A stretch of DNA of 64,000 nucleotides from an uncultured Chryseobacterium sp. Lineage in GTDB: Bacteria > Bacteroidota > Bacteroidia > Flavobacteriales_D > Sanyastnellaceae. Below, in pieces: positions 1 to 8,235 of this stretch (position 1 is the stretch's first letter; every line of letters starts with the position of its first letter). The DNA lies in contig CAZNVU010000001.1 of NCBI GenBank assembly GCA_964576575.1, forward strand, positions 5,233 through 69,232. The letters are read 5' to 3'. The position numbers and the translations under genes were made by a program. The notes under the pieces are model-generated. The model had not been told where the DNA came from, ran no database searches, and saw only the letters and a program-made list of their open reading frames with translations.

Positions 1-1
1 T

Positions 2-3000
2 CACGTGGAAGTGACCAACAGCTGCGGTGTTTCTCGCGATACTGTCGTGGTGAATGTCTTGGCACCACCCGTTGTGAATCTCGGTCCCGACTTGCAGATC
101 TGTCAAAATGCGGCGGTTACTTTAACAGCAGACAGCGGTGCCACCAGCTATCAATGGAGTACAGGTGCCATCACTCGGAGTATTCAAGCTGTGTTGGCGG
201 GGAATTATGTGGTGTATGCCACCAACCAGTGTGGAACCACCAACGACAACATTAACATCAGTTATCTGCCCACAACCACCATTGAGTTGGGAAATGACCA
301 GGGACTTTGTCCGGGAAGTCAGGTTGTATTGAATGCCAATACGCCCAATGCCTCTTATCTCTGGAGCAATGGAGCTACAACCCCCGCATTGACGGTTACA
401 CAGCCAGGAACCTATTGGGTCAATGTCACCACGCAATGCGGGGTCATTTCGGATCAGGTCAGCATTTACAACGGTGGATTTACCTTGAATGCAGGAGCAG
501 ATGTGCAGTTGTGTGATGGACAAACAGCCAGTTTGCAGGCCACCGGCGCCAATAGTTATTCTTGGAGCACGGGACAAACCTCATCAGGCATTCAAGTCAG
601 TCCAATAGCAACCACAACCTACACCGTAACAGCCACCAATATTTACAGTTGCTCTGCCACAGATCAAGTTGTAGTATATGTCAATGCTAACCCGGCTGTA
701 CCATCGGTGACGGTGGATGGACCCACCACTTATTGCAACAACGAAACGCGGATATTGAGCACCGCGATCATCGATGGTATTTCCAGACAGTGGTTGCGAA
801 ACAACATCGCTTTGAACGGAGCTACACAAAATACCTATCAGCCCACCTCAACGGCTACTTATCAATTGCGGGTGACCAATGGGAGTGGATGCACTGCGCT
901 TTCGGTCCCGATTGGAATTGTGGTCAATCCAGCACAAACCACCTACACAAACGTAGAATCTGAAGGCAGTTATGTTTGGCCGGTGACGGGGTTGACTTAT
1001 ACAGCGACAGGAATGTACATCAACAACATCAGTTGTGCCATTGATACTTTGAATTTGACCATTACTGGTCCTCAACCCTGTGATGACAGCGACCCATGCA
1101 CCATCAATGATATCAGCATCGGTGGTATTGGATGCGCCGGAACCTTCGTCGACACAGACAACGATGGCACTTGTGATGCGAACGATTTGTGCCAAGGTGC
1201 AGAGCCGGGTACAACGTGTGATGATGGTGATGCTTGTACTGTGAACGATGTCATCCAAGACAACTGCATTTGCACGGGAACAGTTGCTGATGCTGACAAT
1301 GATGGAACTTGCGATGCCAACGATTTGTGCCAAGGTGCAGAGCCGGGTACAACTTGTGACGATGGCGATGCTTGCACAGTGAGTGATGTCATCCAAGACA
1401 ACTGCATTTGCGCTGGAGTAGTTGCTGATGCTGACAATGATGGAACTTGTGATGCCAACGACTTGTGCCAAGGTACAGAGCCGGGTACAACTTGTGATGA
1501 TGGTGATGCTTGTACTGTGAACGATGTCATCCAAGACAACTGTACTTGCGCTGGAGTAGTTGCTGATGCAGACAACGATGGCACTTGTGATGCCAACGAT
1601 TTGTGCCAAGGAGCAGAGCCGGGTACAACTTGTGACGATGGTGATGCCTGCACAGTGAGTGATGTCATCCAAGACAACTGCACATGTGCGGGAACTTTTG
1701 CTGATGCGGACAATGATGGAACTTGCGATGCCAACGATTTGTGCCAAGGTGCAGAGCCAGGCGCAACGTGTGACGATGGTGATGCATGCACAGTGAGTGA
1801 TGTCATCCAAGGCAACTGTACTTGCGCCGGCATCTACGCCGATTCGGACAACGATGGCACTTGTGATGCCAACGATTTGTGCCAAGGCGCAGAGCCTGGT
1901 ACAACTTGTGACGACGGTGATGCTTGTACAGTCAACGATATCATCCAAGACAACTGCATTTGCACCGGCACCTTTGCCGATGCGGACAATGATGGAACTT
2001 GTGATGCCAACGATTTGTGCCAAGGTGCAGAGCCAGGCGCAACGTGTGACGATGGTGATGCATGCACAGTGAGTGATGTCATCCAAGACAACTGCACTTG
2101 CGCTGGACAGCTGTTAGATGCCAACAACGATGGAGTTTGCGATTTGAACAGCATACTGGGTTGTACGGATGTGAACGCCTGCAACTACAATCCAGAAGCC
2201 AATACGGATGACAACAGTTGTATTTTACCACAACCAGAAATTTGCAATGGTTTGGATGACAATTGTGATGGTGCAGTTGATGAAGGTTTGGTTCCTTCAG
2301 GATTGAATATCACCAATGTCGCCACCGCGCAGTATCCCGTTTGCGTAGTAACAGCGATCGCTTCAGCCAACTTGAACAACGGTGCCAACTCAACAGTGAT
2401 TGATGGTGATGGGAACGACCTATGGTTTGGCATTACCGCGCAATACAATACGCTCAGAGCGGGACTCTCAGCGGCCACAGGCAACAATGAATTGCGTTTG
2501 TTTGAGGTGAATGCAGCGGGCTGTCTGGAACTTCTAGAGACCGAACACGAAACCACCACAGGTAATCAAACCTTATTGAGCGATCAACTCACCGTCGGTA
2601 AAACATACTACGTTGCGGTGCACAACATCAGCGGAGCCATGAACCCCAGTGCTAAGATTTGTTTCAACCACTTGTTGGGTTCCACCTGTGATCACTATTA
2701 CAGCAACAATACTGGAATCTACACCTCCGTTTGCAACAGTTTCAAGGCGCAATACCGAGCCAATGCTGTCGCTTACACTTTTGATGTGTTGTCCGCCACT
2801 CAGAATAATGTGGACCAGGTCATTGCTCCATGGACTTATACTACGCCCAATGCGATTTCTGTAGTCTCTCGTTTGGGAATGATCTTGCCTCCGAACCAAG
2901 GAACCTCACCCATGGTGTACACCTTGAAAGTTCCGGTGTTGTACTCCCTATTTGATGCTGCAGGAAATTTTGAAAATCTTTTCGCACAAGCAACAACAAC

Positions 3001-3664
3001 TTGCACCGTCACCTTAAATGCAGAAACCACTATTGCTTTGAGAAGTTCTGATCGTTGTCCGATGAATAAACCGATTACCGGTAACATCGCACCGGACAGA
3101 ACGGTCTGCGGCGCCATGCGATACGATTGGGAGTTCACGGAAGTATTGCCCAATCCTGGAACGGCTCAAGTTGTTCAGGGCGGTAATAACGCCACGGTAT
3201 TCTTCTTGAGCAATATACCGGGCATCACCGTGGGTAAGACTTACAATGTTAGAGTCAGACCAGTGCACAGCAGCGGAATAGCGGGACAGTGGGGTAGTGT
3301 GCAGTGTTTGAGAATTTCACCAGCAGGAATGGTTCAACAGAGCGAGAGTGAGAAAGAGAGCGTCTTGAGTAATGAGTCACGAGTTTCGAGTATTTCTATT
3401 TATCCTAATCCTACGTCAACAAGTAGTTTTGTATTGCTATACAACGGTCTTCGTAGGGGCGAATTGACATTCGCCCTAGATGCCACAACGCAACCGAACT
3501 CCGACCAGGAAATGGTGATGATGGACATCACCGGCAAGATTGTATTTAAAACCAACGTGGTGTTGAATGGAAACATCGCTGAGATACATTTTGGAGATTT
3601 GGCTGCTGGATTGTATTTGGTTGATTTTGGTGGGGAGAGGAGTAGGTTGCAGGTGGTGAGGTAA
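2..3664 (+). CDS. Large secreted cell-surface (adhesin-like) protein, 5' end cut by the window edge, with a T9SS type-A C-terminal sorting domain
   Basis: The frame is open from nt 2, so the GTG at 5 in the track is not a real start. It has about 75-aa beta-rich repeats (aa 1-330) with C...Y.WS.G...TTTY.V motifs, then seven 46-aa Asp/Cys repeats. A CNYNP motif and an EICNGLDDNCDGAVDEG MopE-like motif follow. A D.WF...G.TYYV PPC-like segment comes next. The C-terminal tail SIYPNPTS...MDITGKIV...GLYLVDF... is typical of a T9SS CTD. Confidence 0.85.
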   Translation, partial: HVEVTNSCGVSRDTVVVNVLAPPVVNLGPDLQICQNAAVTLTADSGATSYQWSTGAITRSIQAVLAGNYVVYATNQCGTTNDNINISYLPTTTIELGNDQGLCPGSQVVLNANTPNASYLWSNGATTPALTVTQPGTYWVNVTTQCGVISDQVSIYNGGFTLNAGADVQLCDGQTASLQATGANSYSWSTGQTSSGIQVSPIATTTYTVTATNIYSCSATDQVVVYVNANPAVPSVTVDGPTTYCNNETRILSTAIIDGISRQWLRNNIALNGATQNTYQPTSTATYQLRVTNGSGCTALSVPIGIVVNPAQTTYTNVESEGSYVWPVTGLTYTATGMYINNISCAIDTLNLTITGPQPCDDSDPCTINDISIGGIGCAGTFVDTDNDGTCDANDLCQGAEPGTTCDDGDACTVNDVIQDNCICTGTVADADNDGTCDANDLCQGAEPGTTCDDGDACTVSDVIQDNCICAGVVADADNDGTCDANDLCQGTEPGTTCDDGDACTVNDVIQDNCTCAGVVADADNDGTCDANDLCQGAEPGTTCDDGDACTVSDVIQDNCTCAGTFADADNDGTCDANDLCQGAEPGATCDDGDACTVSDVIQGNCTCAGIYADSDNDGTCDANDLCQGAEPGTTCDDGDACTVNDIIQDNCICTGTFADADNDGTCDANDLCQGAEPGATCDDGDACTVSDVIQDNCTCAGQLLDANNDGVCDLNSILGCTDVNACNYNPEANTDDNSCILPQPEICNGLDDNCDGAVDEGLVPSGLNITNVATAQYPVCVVTAIASANLNNGANSTVIDGDGNDLWFGITAQYNTLRAGLSAATGNNELRLFEVNAAGCLELLETEHETTTGNQTLLSDQLTVGKTYYVAVHNISGAMNPSAKICFNHLLGSTCDHYYSNNTGIYTSVCNSFKAQYRANAVAYTFDVLSATQNNVDQVIAPWTYTTPNAISVVSRLGMILPPNQGTSPMVYTLKVPVLYSLFDAAGNFENLFAQATTTCTVTLNAETTIALRSSDRCPMNKPITGNIAPDRTVCGAMRYDWEFTEVLPNPGTAQVVQGGNNATVFFLSNIPGITVGKTYNVRVRPVHSSGIAGQWGSVQCLRISPAGMVQQSESEKESVLSNESRVSSISIYPNPTSTSSFVLLYNGLRRGELTFALDATTQPNSDQEMVMMDITGKIVFKTNVVLNGNIAEIHFGDLAAGLYLVDFGGERSRLQVVR
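1151..2116 (+). repeat. Seven head-to-tail in-frame 138-bp (46-aa) coding repeats inside the CDS 2..3664
   Basis: Unit starts were counted at 1151, 1289, 1427, 1565, 1703, 1841 and 1979, exactly 138 nt apart. The unit reads D-x-D-N-D-G-T-C-D-A-N-D-L-C-Q-G-x-E-P-G-x-T-C-D-D-G-D-A-C-T-V-x-D-V-I-Q-D-N-C-x-C-x-G. A half unit lies at 1075-1150 and a degenerate unit follows 2117. Confidence 0.95.
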
Positions 3665-3831
3665 ATCGGAAAGAGGGAGACGGAAAGCGGAATAGCGTCC
3701 ATTGCGAGAGCCTTGCGCCCATTGCGTTAAAAATAAACGGAAGTATCTCAACTTCGCTACGCCATGATTGCGCAAAGCGAGCAAAGTGGATACTGAATGA
3801 CTTCCTTTTACTATGTGACAAGGATAAGTGC

Positions 3832-3839
3832 TATTTTTG
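3832..3839 (+). promoter_or_regulatory. Candidate Bacteroidota -7 promoter box (TATTTTTG, consensus TAnnTTTG)
   Basis: Motif match 57 nt upstream of the HD-domain gene start. The -33 element is only weak (TTTTA near 3806). Chance matches are common in AT-rich DNA. Confidence 0.25.
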
Positions 3840-3853
3840 TGAAATAAATCACA
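3838..3853. promoter_or_regulatory. Perfect CRP/FNR-family-type palindrome TGTGA-AATAAA-TCACA, a candidate operator
   Basis: Read directly at 3838-3853, inside a longer imperfect inverted repeat AAGTGC...GCACTT (3826-3865). It lies 43 nt upstream of the ATG at 3897 in the longest intergenic gap of the window and overlaps a TAnnTTTG box. Confidence 0.35.
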
Positions 3854-3896
3854 TTTTTGGCACTTATTCCTGTAATTCGTCCAAGGGTGATGTGTA

Positions 3897-5126
3897 ATGA
3901 CATTGTGTATGACCCAACTCTTCCGAAAAATAATCAACGATCCCGTTTATGGTTTTATCACCATTCGCCATCCGTTTATTTTTCAACTCATCAACCATCC
4001 TGCATTCCAACGTTTGCGCCGCATCAGCCAGTTGGGTTTGAGCCACCTGGTTTATCCCGGTGCCATTCACAACCGTTTTCAACATGCTCTTGGCGCCATG
4101 CACCTGATGCAAAATGCCATCGATGAGTTGCGTGTGCGTGGGGTGGAGATTAGCAAAGCTGAGGAAGAAGGTCTATTGGCTGCTATTCTTTTGCATGACA
4201 TTGGCCACGGTCCCTATAGCCATGCGTTGGAACATAGCATCGTTGGTGGGGTTCACCATGAAGACATCAGCGCCGGTTTGATGGACCAAATGAACCGCGA
4301 TTTAAATGGCGGCTTGCAATTGGCCATTGACATATTTAACAACCAATATCCCAAGCCATTCATGCACAGCTTGGTCAGTTCACAGTTGGACATGGATCGT
4401 TTGGATTATCTGGCGCGGGACAGTTTTTTCTCCGGTGTTGTAGAAGGCCAAGTGGGCAGCGAGCGCATCATCAAAATGATGGATGTGGTGGATAATCAGT
4501 TGGTGGTAGAGGAGAAGGGGATATATAGCATTGAGAAGTTTATTGTTGCCAGAAGATTCATGTACTGGCAAGTGTATTTGCACAAGACGGTGTTGAGCGC
4601 GGAGTATATGTTGGTTAATGTGCTCAAACGCGCCAAGGAGTTGGTAGAACAAGGGAAGACCGTTTGGAGTACTCCTGCATTGTCTTTCTTTTTGCAACAA
4701 AATTTTACCAAACAAACGTTCTTTGAACACCCATTGGCCTTGTCCACTTTTTTGGAATTGGACGACCAAGATGTCCTCAGCGCACTCAAAGTATGGCAAC
4801 ACCATGAGGATGTTGTCTTGCGCGAACTCTCACAAAAATTGGTGCAACGAAAGTTGTTTAAAATACAAATTCACACCCAGCCCATCACACCTGAAGATTT
4901 ACAACAGCGCATCGTAACGGTTGCAGAGGCCAAGAACATTTCGCAGCACGAGGCATCCTATTTTGTGATGACAGGCGAGGCGGCCAATAGGGCCTACAGC
5001 CAGAGTGGAGACATCATATTGATCAAAATGAAAGACGGAAGTGTGCGCAATGCGGCTGAAGTCAGTGATCACCTGAGCTTGGCCCCCATGACACGCGAGG
5101 TACGCAAGTGGTTCGTGGCGCAATAA
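3897..5126 (+). CDS. HD-domain metal-dependent phosphohydrolase (COG1078 / dGTPase-SAMHD1-like family)
   Basis: Motifs RFQHALGAMHL, LLHDIGHGPYSH and QLDMDRLDYLARD are present. An alternative ATG lies at 3909. Confidence 0.85.
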   Translation: MTLCMTQLFRKIINDPVYGFITIRHPFIFQLINHPAFQRLRRISQLGLSHLVYPGAIHNRFQHALGAMHLMQNAIDELRVRGVEISKAEEEGLLAAILLHDIGHGPYSHALEHSIVGGVHHEDISAGLMDQMNRDLNGGLQLAIDIFNNQYPKPFMHSLVSSQLDMDRLDYLARDSFFSGVVEGQVGSERIIKMMDVVDNQLVVEEKGIYSIEKFIVARRFMYWQVYLHKTVLSAEYMLVNVLKRAKELVEQGKTVWSTPALSFFLQQNFTKQTFFEHPLALSTFLELDDQDVLSALKVWQHHEDVVLRELSQKLVQRKLFKIQIHTQPITPEDLQQRIVTVAEAKNISQHEASYFVMTGEAANRAYSQSGDIILIKMKDGSVRNAAEVSDHLSLAPMTREVRKWFVAQ

Positions 5127-5145
5127 ACCCCCTACCTTTGCGTTG

Positions 5146-6702
5146 ATGAATCCAATGAAACCAAAGATATTGTGGGCGGATGATGAGATTGAATTGCTCA
5201 AACCGCATGTGCTGTTTTTAGAGCAAAAGGGATATGATGTAACGACAGTGAACAATGGCAGAGAGGCGGTGACCTTGGTCAAGGAACGCCATTTTGATTT
5301 GATTTTTCTGGATGAGAATATGCCTGGTATTTCAGGTTTACAGGCTCTTCAAGAAATCAAAGCACATGATGCTGATTTGCCTGTGGTCATGATTACCAAG
5401 AGTGAGGAAGAACACATCATGGAGGATGCCATCGGTTCTAAGATTGCCGACTATTTGATTAAGCCAGTTAATCCCAATCAAATCTTGTTGAGTATCAAAA
5501 AGAATCTGGATGATAAGCGTCTGATTCAAGAGAAAACAACCCAAGATTACCGCCAAGAATTCAGAGAAATATCCATGCAGCTCAGCCAAAGCATGCCAGC
5601 AGACGGTTGGAAAGACTTCATGAAAAAATTGGTATATTGGACAACAGAGTTGGCGCAGACCAATGAAGAATCCATGAAAGAAATTTTGCAGACGCAAAAG
5701 ATTGAGGCCAATCAACAATTTGTCAAGTTTTACGAGCAGCGTTATCTGGATTGGATCAATGCCAAAGTGGAAGCACCGGTGATGTCGCATACGTTGTTCA
5801 ATAAGAAAATTAAATCTTTGGTTCAACCTGGACAACCCTTGTACTGGGTGGTCATTGACAATTTGCGTTATGACCAATGGAAGATCATTGCTCCTTTCTT
5901 GAAAGACCTTTACCGCACTGAAGAAGAGGATATTTATTACTCAATTCTTCCCACAGCCACCATGTATGCGCGCAATGCCATGTTCTCCGGTTTGCTGCCT
6001 TCCGAAATGCAAAAGCTGCATCCTCAATTGTGGAAAGATGAGGATGAAGAGGGTTCAAAAAATGAACATGAGCATGACTTCCTTCAGGCGCAATTGAAGC
6101 GTTTGGGAATGAACGTTAAGACCAGTTACCACAAAGTAGTGCAGAATCAGTTTGGTAAAAAATTGGTGGATCAAATCTCCAATTTGAAGCAAAATGATTT
6201 GAATGTTATTGTCTACAATTTTGTAGACATGTTGAGCCACGCACGCAGTGAGATGGAGGTGATTAAAGAGTTGGCAGAAGATACACCGGCTTATTTGTCC
6301 TTGACCAAATCATGGTTTGAACATAGTCCACTGCGTGAGATGTTGGAGAAAATGGCGGAACAAAAGGCGCGTGTCATCATCACCACAGACCACGGGACTG
6401 TGAGGGTGGAAGACCCCATCAAGATAGTGGGTGATAAGGCAACCAATAATAATTTACGCTACAAGGTTGGAAAAAATTTGAACTATAATGCAAAGGATGT
6501 TTTTGAAGTCAAGGATCCCGCTGCAGCACATTTGCCAAGACCACAGTTGAGCAGTTCTTATGTTTTTGCCAAGTCTAAAGGGTATTTTGTTTATCCCAAC
6601 AACTACAATCATTTTGTTACTCACTTCCGCAATACCTTCCAACATGGTGGTATTAGCTTGGAAGAGGTGTTGATTCCATTTGTTGTATTGCAAGCCAAAT
6701 GA
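5146..6702 (+). CDS. porX: PorX-type response regulator (receiver domain fused to a PglZ / alkaline-phosphatase-like domain), T9SS regulator
   Basis: The N-terminal receiver shows KILWADDE...DLIFLDENMPG...K. It is followed by about 390 aa with PglZ-like motifs (VIDNLRYDQW, ITTDHGT). Its length of about 518 aa matches PorX. The track start at 5143 is TTG, and ATG at 5146 is preferred. Confidence 0.8.
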   Translation: MNPMKPKILWADDEIELLKPHVLFLEQKGYDVTTVNNGREAVTLVKERHFDLIFLDENMPGISGLQALQEIKAHDADLPVVMITKSEEEHIMEDAIGSKIADYLIKPVNPNQILLSIKKNLDDKRLIQEKTTQDYRQEFREISMQLSQSMPADGWKDFMKKLVYWTTELAQTNEESMKEILQTQKIEANQQFVKFYEQRYLDWINAKVEAPVMSHTLFNKKIKSLVQPGQPLYWVVIDNLRYDQWKIIAPFLKDLYRTEEEDIYYSILPTATMYARNAMFSGLLPSEMQKLHPQLWKDEDEEGSKNEHEHDFLQAQLKRLGMNVKTSYHKVVQNQFGKKLVDQISNLKQNDLNVIVYNFVDMLSHARSEMEVIKELAEDTPAYLSLTKSWFEHSPLREMLEKMAEQKARVIITTDHGTVRVEDPIKIVGDKATNNNLRYKVGKNLNYNAKDVFEVKDPAAAHLPRPQLSSSYVFAKSKGYFVYPNNYNHFVTHFRNTFQHGGISLEEVLIPFVVLQAK

Positions 6703-7103
6703 TCCAGTTTGAATATTCCCTTGATCAAATAACGTCAGTGGCCCAATCGCTGGTTGCACAACTACCGTCTAAGGCCGTTGTGCTGTTGGATGCTGAGATG
6801 GGAACAGGAAAAACCACTTTGATATCTCAAATCCTGAAACAATGGGGGATTCATGAGGTGAGCAGTCCCACTTATAGCATTTGCAATGTTTACCGAACTT
6901 CTAGTGGGCAGACGGTTCATCATTATGATTTGTACCGCATTAAGAATGTAGATGAGTTGTTGGAGATTGGTTTCCAGGACCTGCTGGAAACGGCCGACTA
7001 TCATTTTATAGAGTGGCCAGCCTTGGGAGAGCCTTTCTATGAATCTCCCATTACATGGCAAATTAGCCGGAATGAAGACCTCAGAATCCTGACGATTCTG
7101 TGA
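6699..7103 (+). CDS. tsaE: tRNA threonylcarbamoyladenosine (t6A) biosynthesis ATPase TsaE
   Basis: It has the P-loop GTGKTT plus the SPTY and HHYDLYRI motifs. Its ATG overlaps the porX TGA (ATGA, 6699-6702). Confidence 0.85.
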   Translation: MIQFEYSLDQITSVAQSLVAQLPSKAVVLLDAEMGTGKTTLISQILKQWGIHEVSSPTYSICNVYRTSSGQTVHHYDLYRIKNVDELLEIGFQDLLETADYHFIEWPALGEPFYESPITWQISRNEDLRILTIL

Positions 7104-7126
7104 TCATCCAAAACATGCAGATGTAT

Positions 7127-7134
7127 TACTTTTG
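7127..7134 (+). promoter_or_regulatory. Candidate -7 promoter box (TACTTTTG)
   Basis: A perfect TAnnTTTG match 15 nt upstream of the ATG at 7150. No clear -33 TTTG is visible. Confidence 0.25.
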
Positions 7135-7149
7135 TACCTTTATTAAACA

Positions 7150-8235
7150 ATGAACAAGAACAACTATTGTGTGATCATGGCGGGTGGAATCGGCTCTCGA
7201 TTCTGGCCCATGAGCCGCACGGCTTTTCCAAAGCAATTTCACGATATTTTAGGAGTGGGCAGAACCCTTATCCAGCAGACTTTTGATCGTTTCAGAACCC
7301 TTTGTCCAACGGAGAATATTCTGATTGTTACCAATGAGCGTTACCGTGATTTGGTTCAATCTCAATTACCTGAATTGGCGGCTAATCAAATTTTGTGTGA
7401 GCCTTTCATGCGCAACACTGCGCCTTGCGTTGCCTATGCAGCGCATCGCATTCAAGCATCCAATCCGAATGCCCGGATGGTAGTGGCACCTTCAGATCAT
7501 TTGATTTTAAATACAACACAGTTTGAGGAGACGATTCAAATTGCGTTTGATCAATCAGAGAAAGGTCAGTTGGTGACCTTAGGAATTAAACCAACACGAC
7601 CCGACACTGGTTACGGTTATATCCAATGGGCGGATGATGCCCATGCAATTAATGATCGCGTAAAACGCGTGAAAACGTTTACTGAAAAACCCGATTTGGA
7701 ATTGGCCAAAGATTTCTTGGCCAGTGGTGATTTTTCATGGAACAGTGGGATTTTCATCTGGAAAGTGGATGCTGTAGTCGCGGCTTTTGAGCAGTTTCTT
7801 CCGGACATGAATAGAGCATTTTCTGAAGGTCAATCGGTTTACGGAACTGAGAAAGAGCAGGCCTTTATCAATGGCATGTATTCGGCTTGCGAGAACATTA
7901 GTATCGATTATGGTATCATGGAAAAGGCCAAGAATGTCAATGTGGTTTTGAGTGATTTTGGTTGGAGTGATTTGGGCACTTGGGGTTCATTGCATGGACA
8001 CTTGAAGCATGATGACTACCGAAATGGTGTGGTGGGCAATAACGTCAGCCTGTACAATTGCAGCAATAATGTGGTACATATGCCCGATAACAAACAGGTC
8101 GTGTTGCATGGCTTGAACGGATACATTGTAGTAGATTCAGGCAATACGCTATTGGTGTGTAAGTTGGAAGACGAACAAAAGATCAAAACTTTTGTGAACG
8201 ATATTAAAATGAAGAAAGGTGATGATGCCGTTTGA
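7150..8235 (+). CDS. Mannose-1-phosphate guanylyltransferase-type sugar-phosphate nucleotidyltransferase (short form, no isomerase domain)
   Basis: The N-terminal IMAGGIGSRFWPMSR motif is present, along with GYGYI and SIDYGIMEK motifs. Confidence 0.8.
   Translation: MNKNNYCVIMAGGIGSRFWPMSRTAFPKQFHDILGVGRTLIQQTFDRFRTLCPTENILIVTNERYRDLVQSQLPELAANQILCEPFMRNTAPCVAYAAHRIQASNPNARMVVAPSDHLILNTTQFEETIQIAFDQSEKGQLVTLGIKPTRPDTGYGYIQWADDAHAINDRVKRVKTFTEKPDLELAKDFLASGDFSWNSGIFIWKVDAVVAAFEQFLPDMNRAFSEGQSVYGTEKEQAFINGMYSACENISIDYGIMEKAKNVNVVLSDFGWSDLGTWGSLHGHLKHDDYRNGVVGNNVSLYNCSNNVVHMPDNKQVVLHGLNGYIVVDSGNTLLVCKLEDEQKIKTFVNDIKMKKGDDAV

Noticed and set aside
1151-2116. Regular periodicity that might suggest a CRISPR array or satellite
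   Set aside because: There are no unique spacers. The period is an exact multiple of 3, and the array is in frame with a long CDS, encoding a conserved Cys/Asp motif. It is a coding repeat.
848-2184. Long minus-strand ORFs (412 aa at 848-2086, 253 aa at 1072-1833, 116 aa at 1834-2184) and the plus-strand ORF at 1797-2072
   Set aside because: They lie entirely within the 138-bp tandem array of the plus-strand gene and are themselves periodic. They are open only because the repeat unit lacks stop codons in those frames. They are shadow ORFs.
3476-3937. Minus-strand ORFs of 153 aa and 91 aa (3546-3821) spanning the largest intergenic gap
   Set aside because: They overlap the 3' end of the T9SS cargo gene and the 5' end of the HD gene. 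They have low-complexity, unlikely protein sequence and no promoter or signal features.
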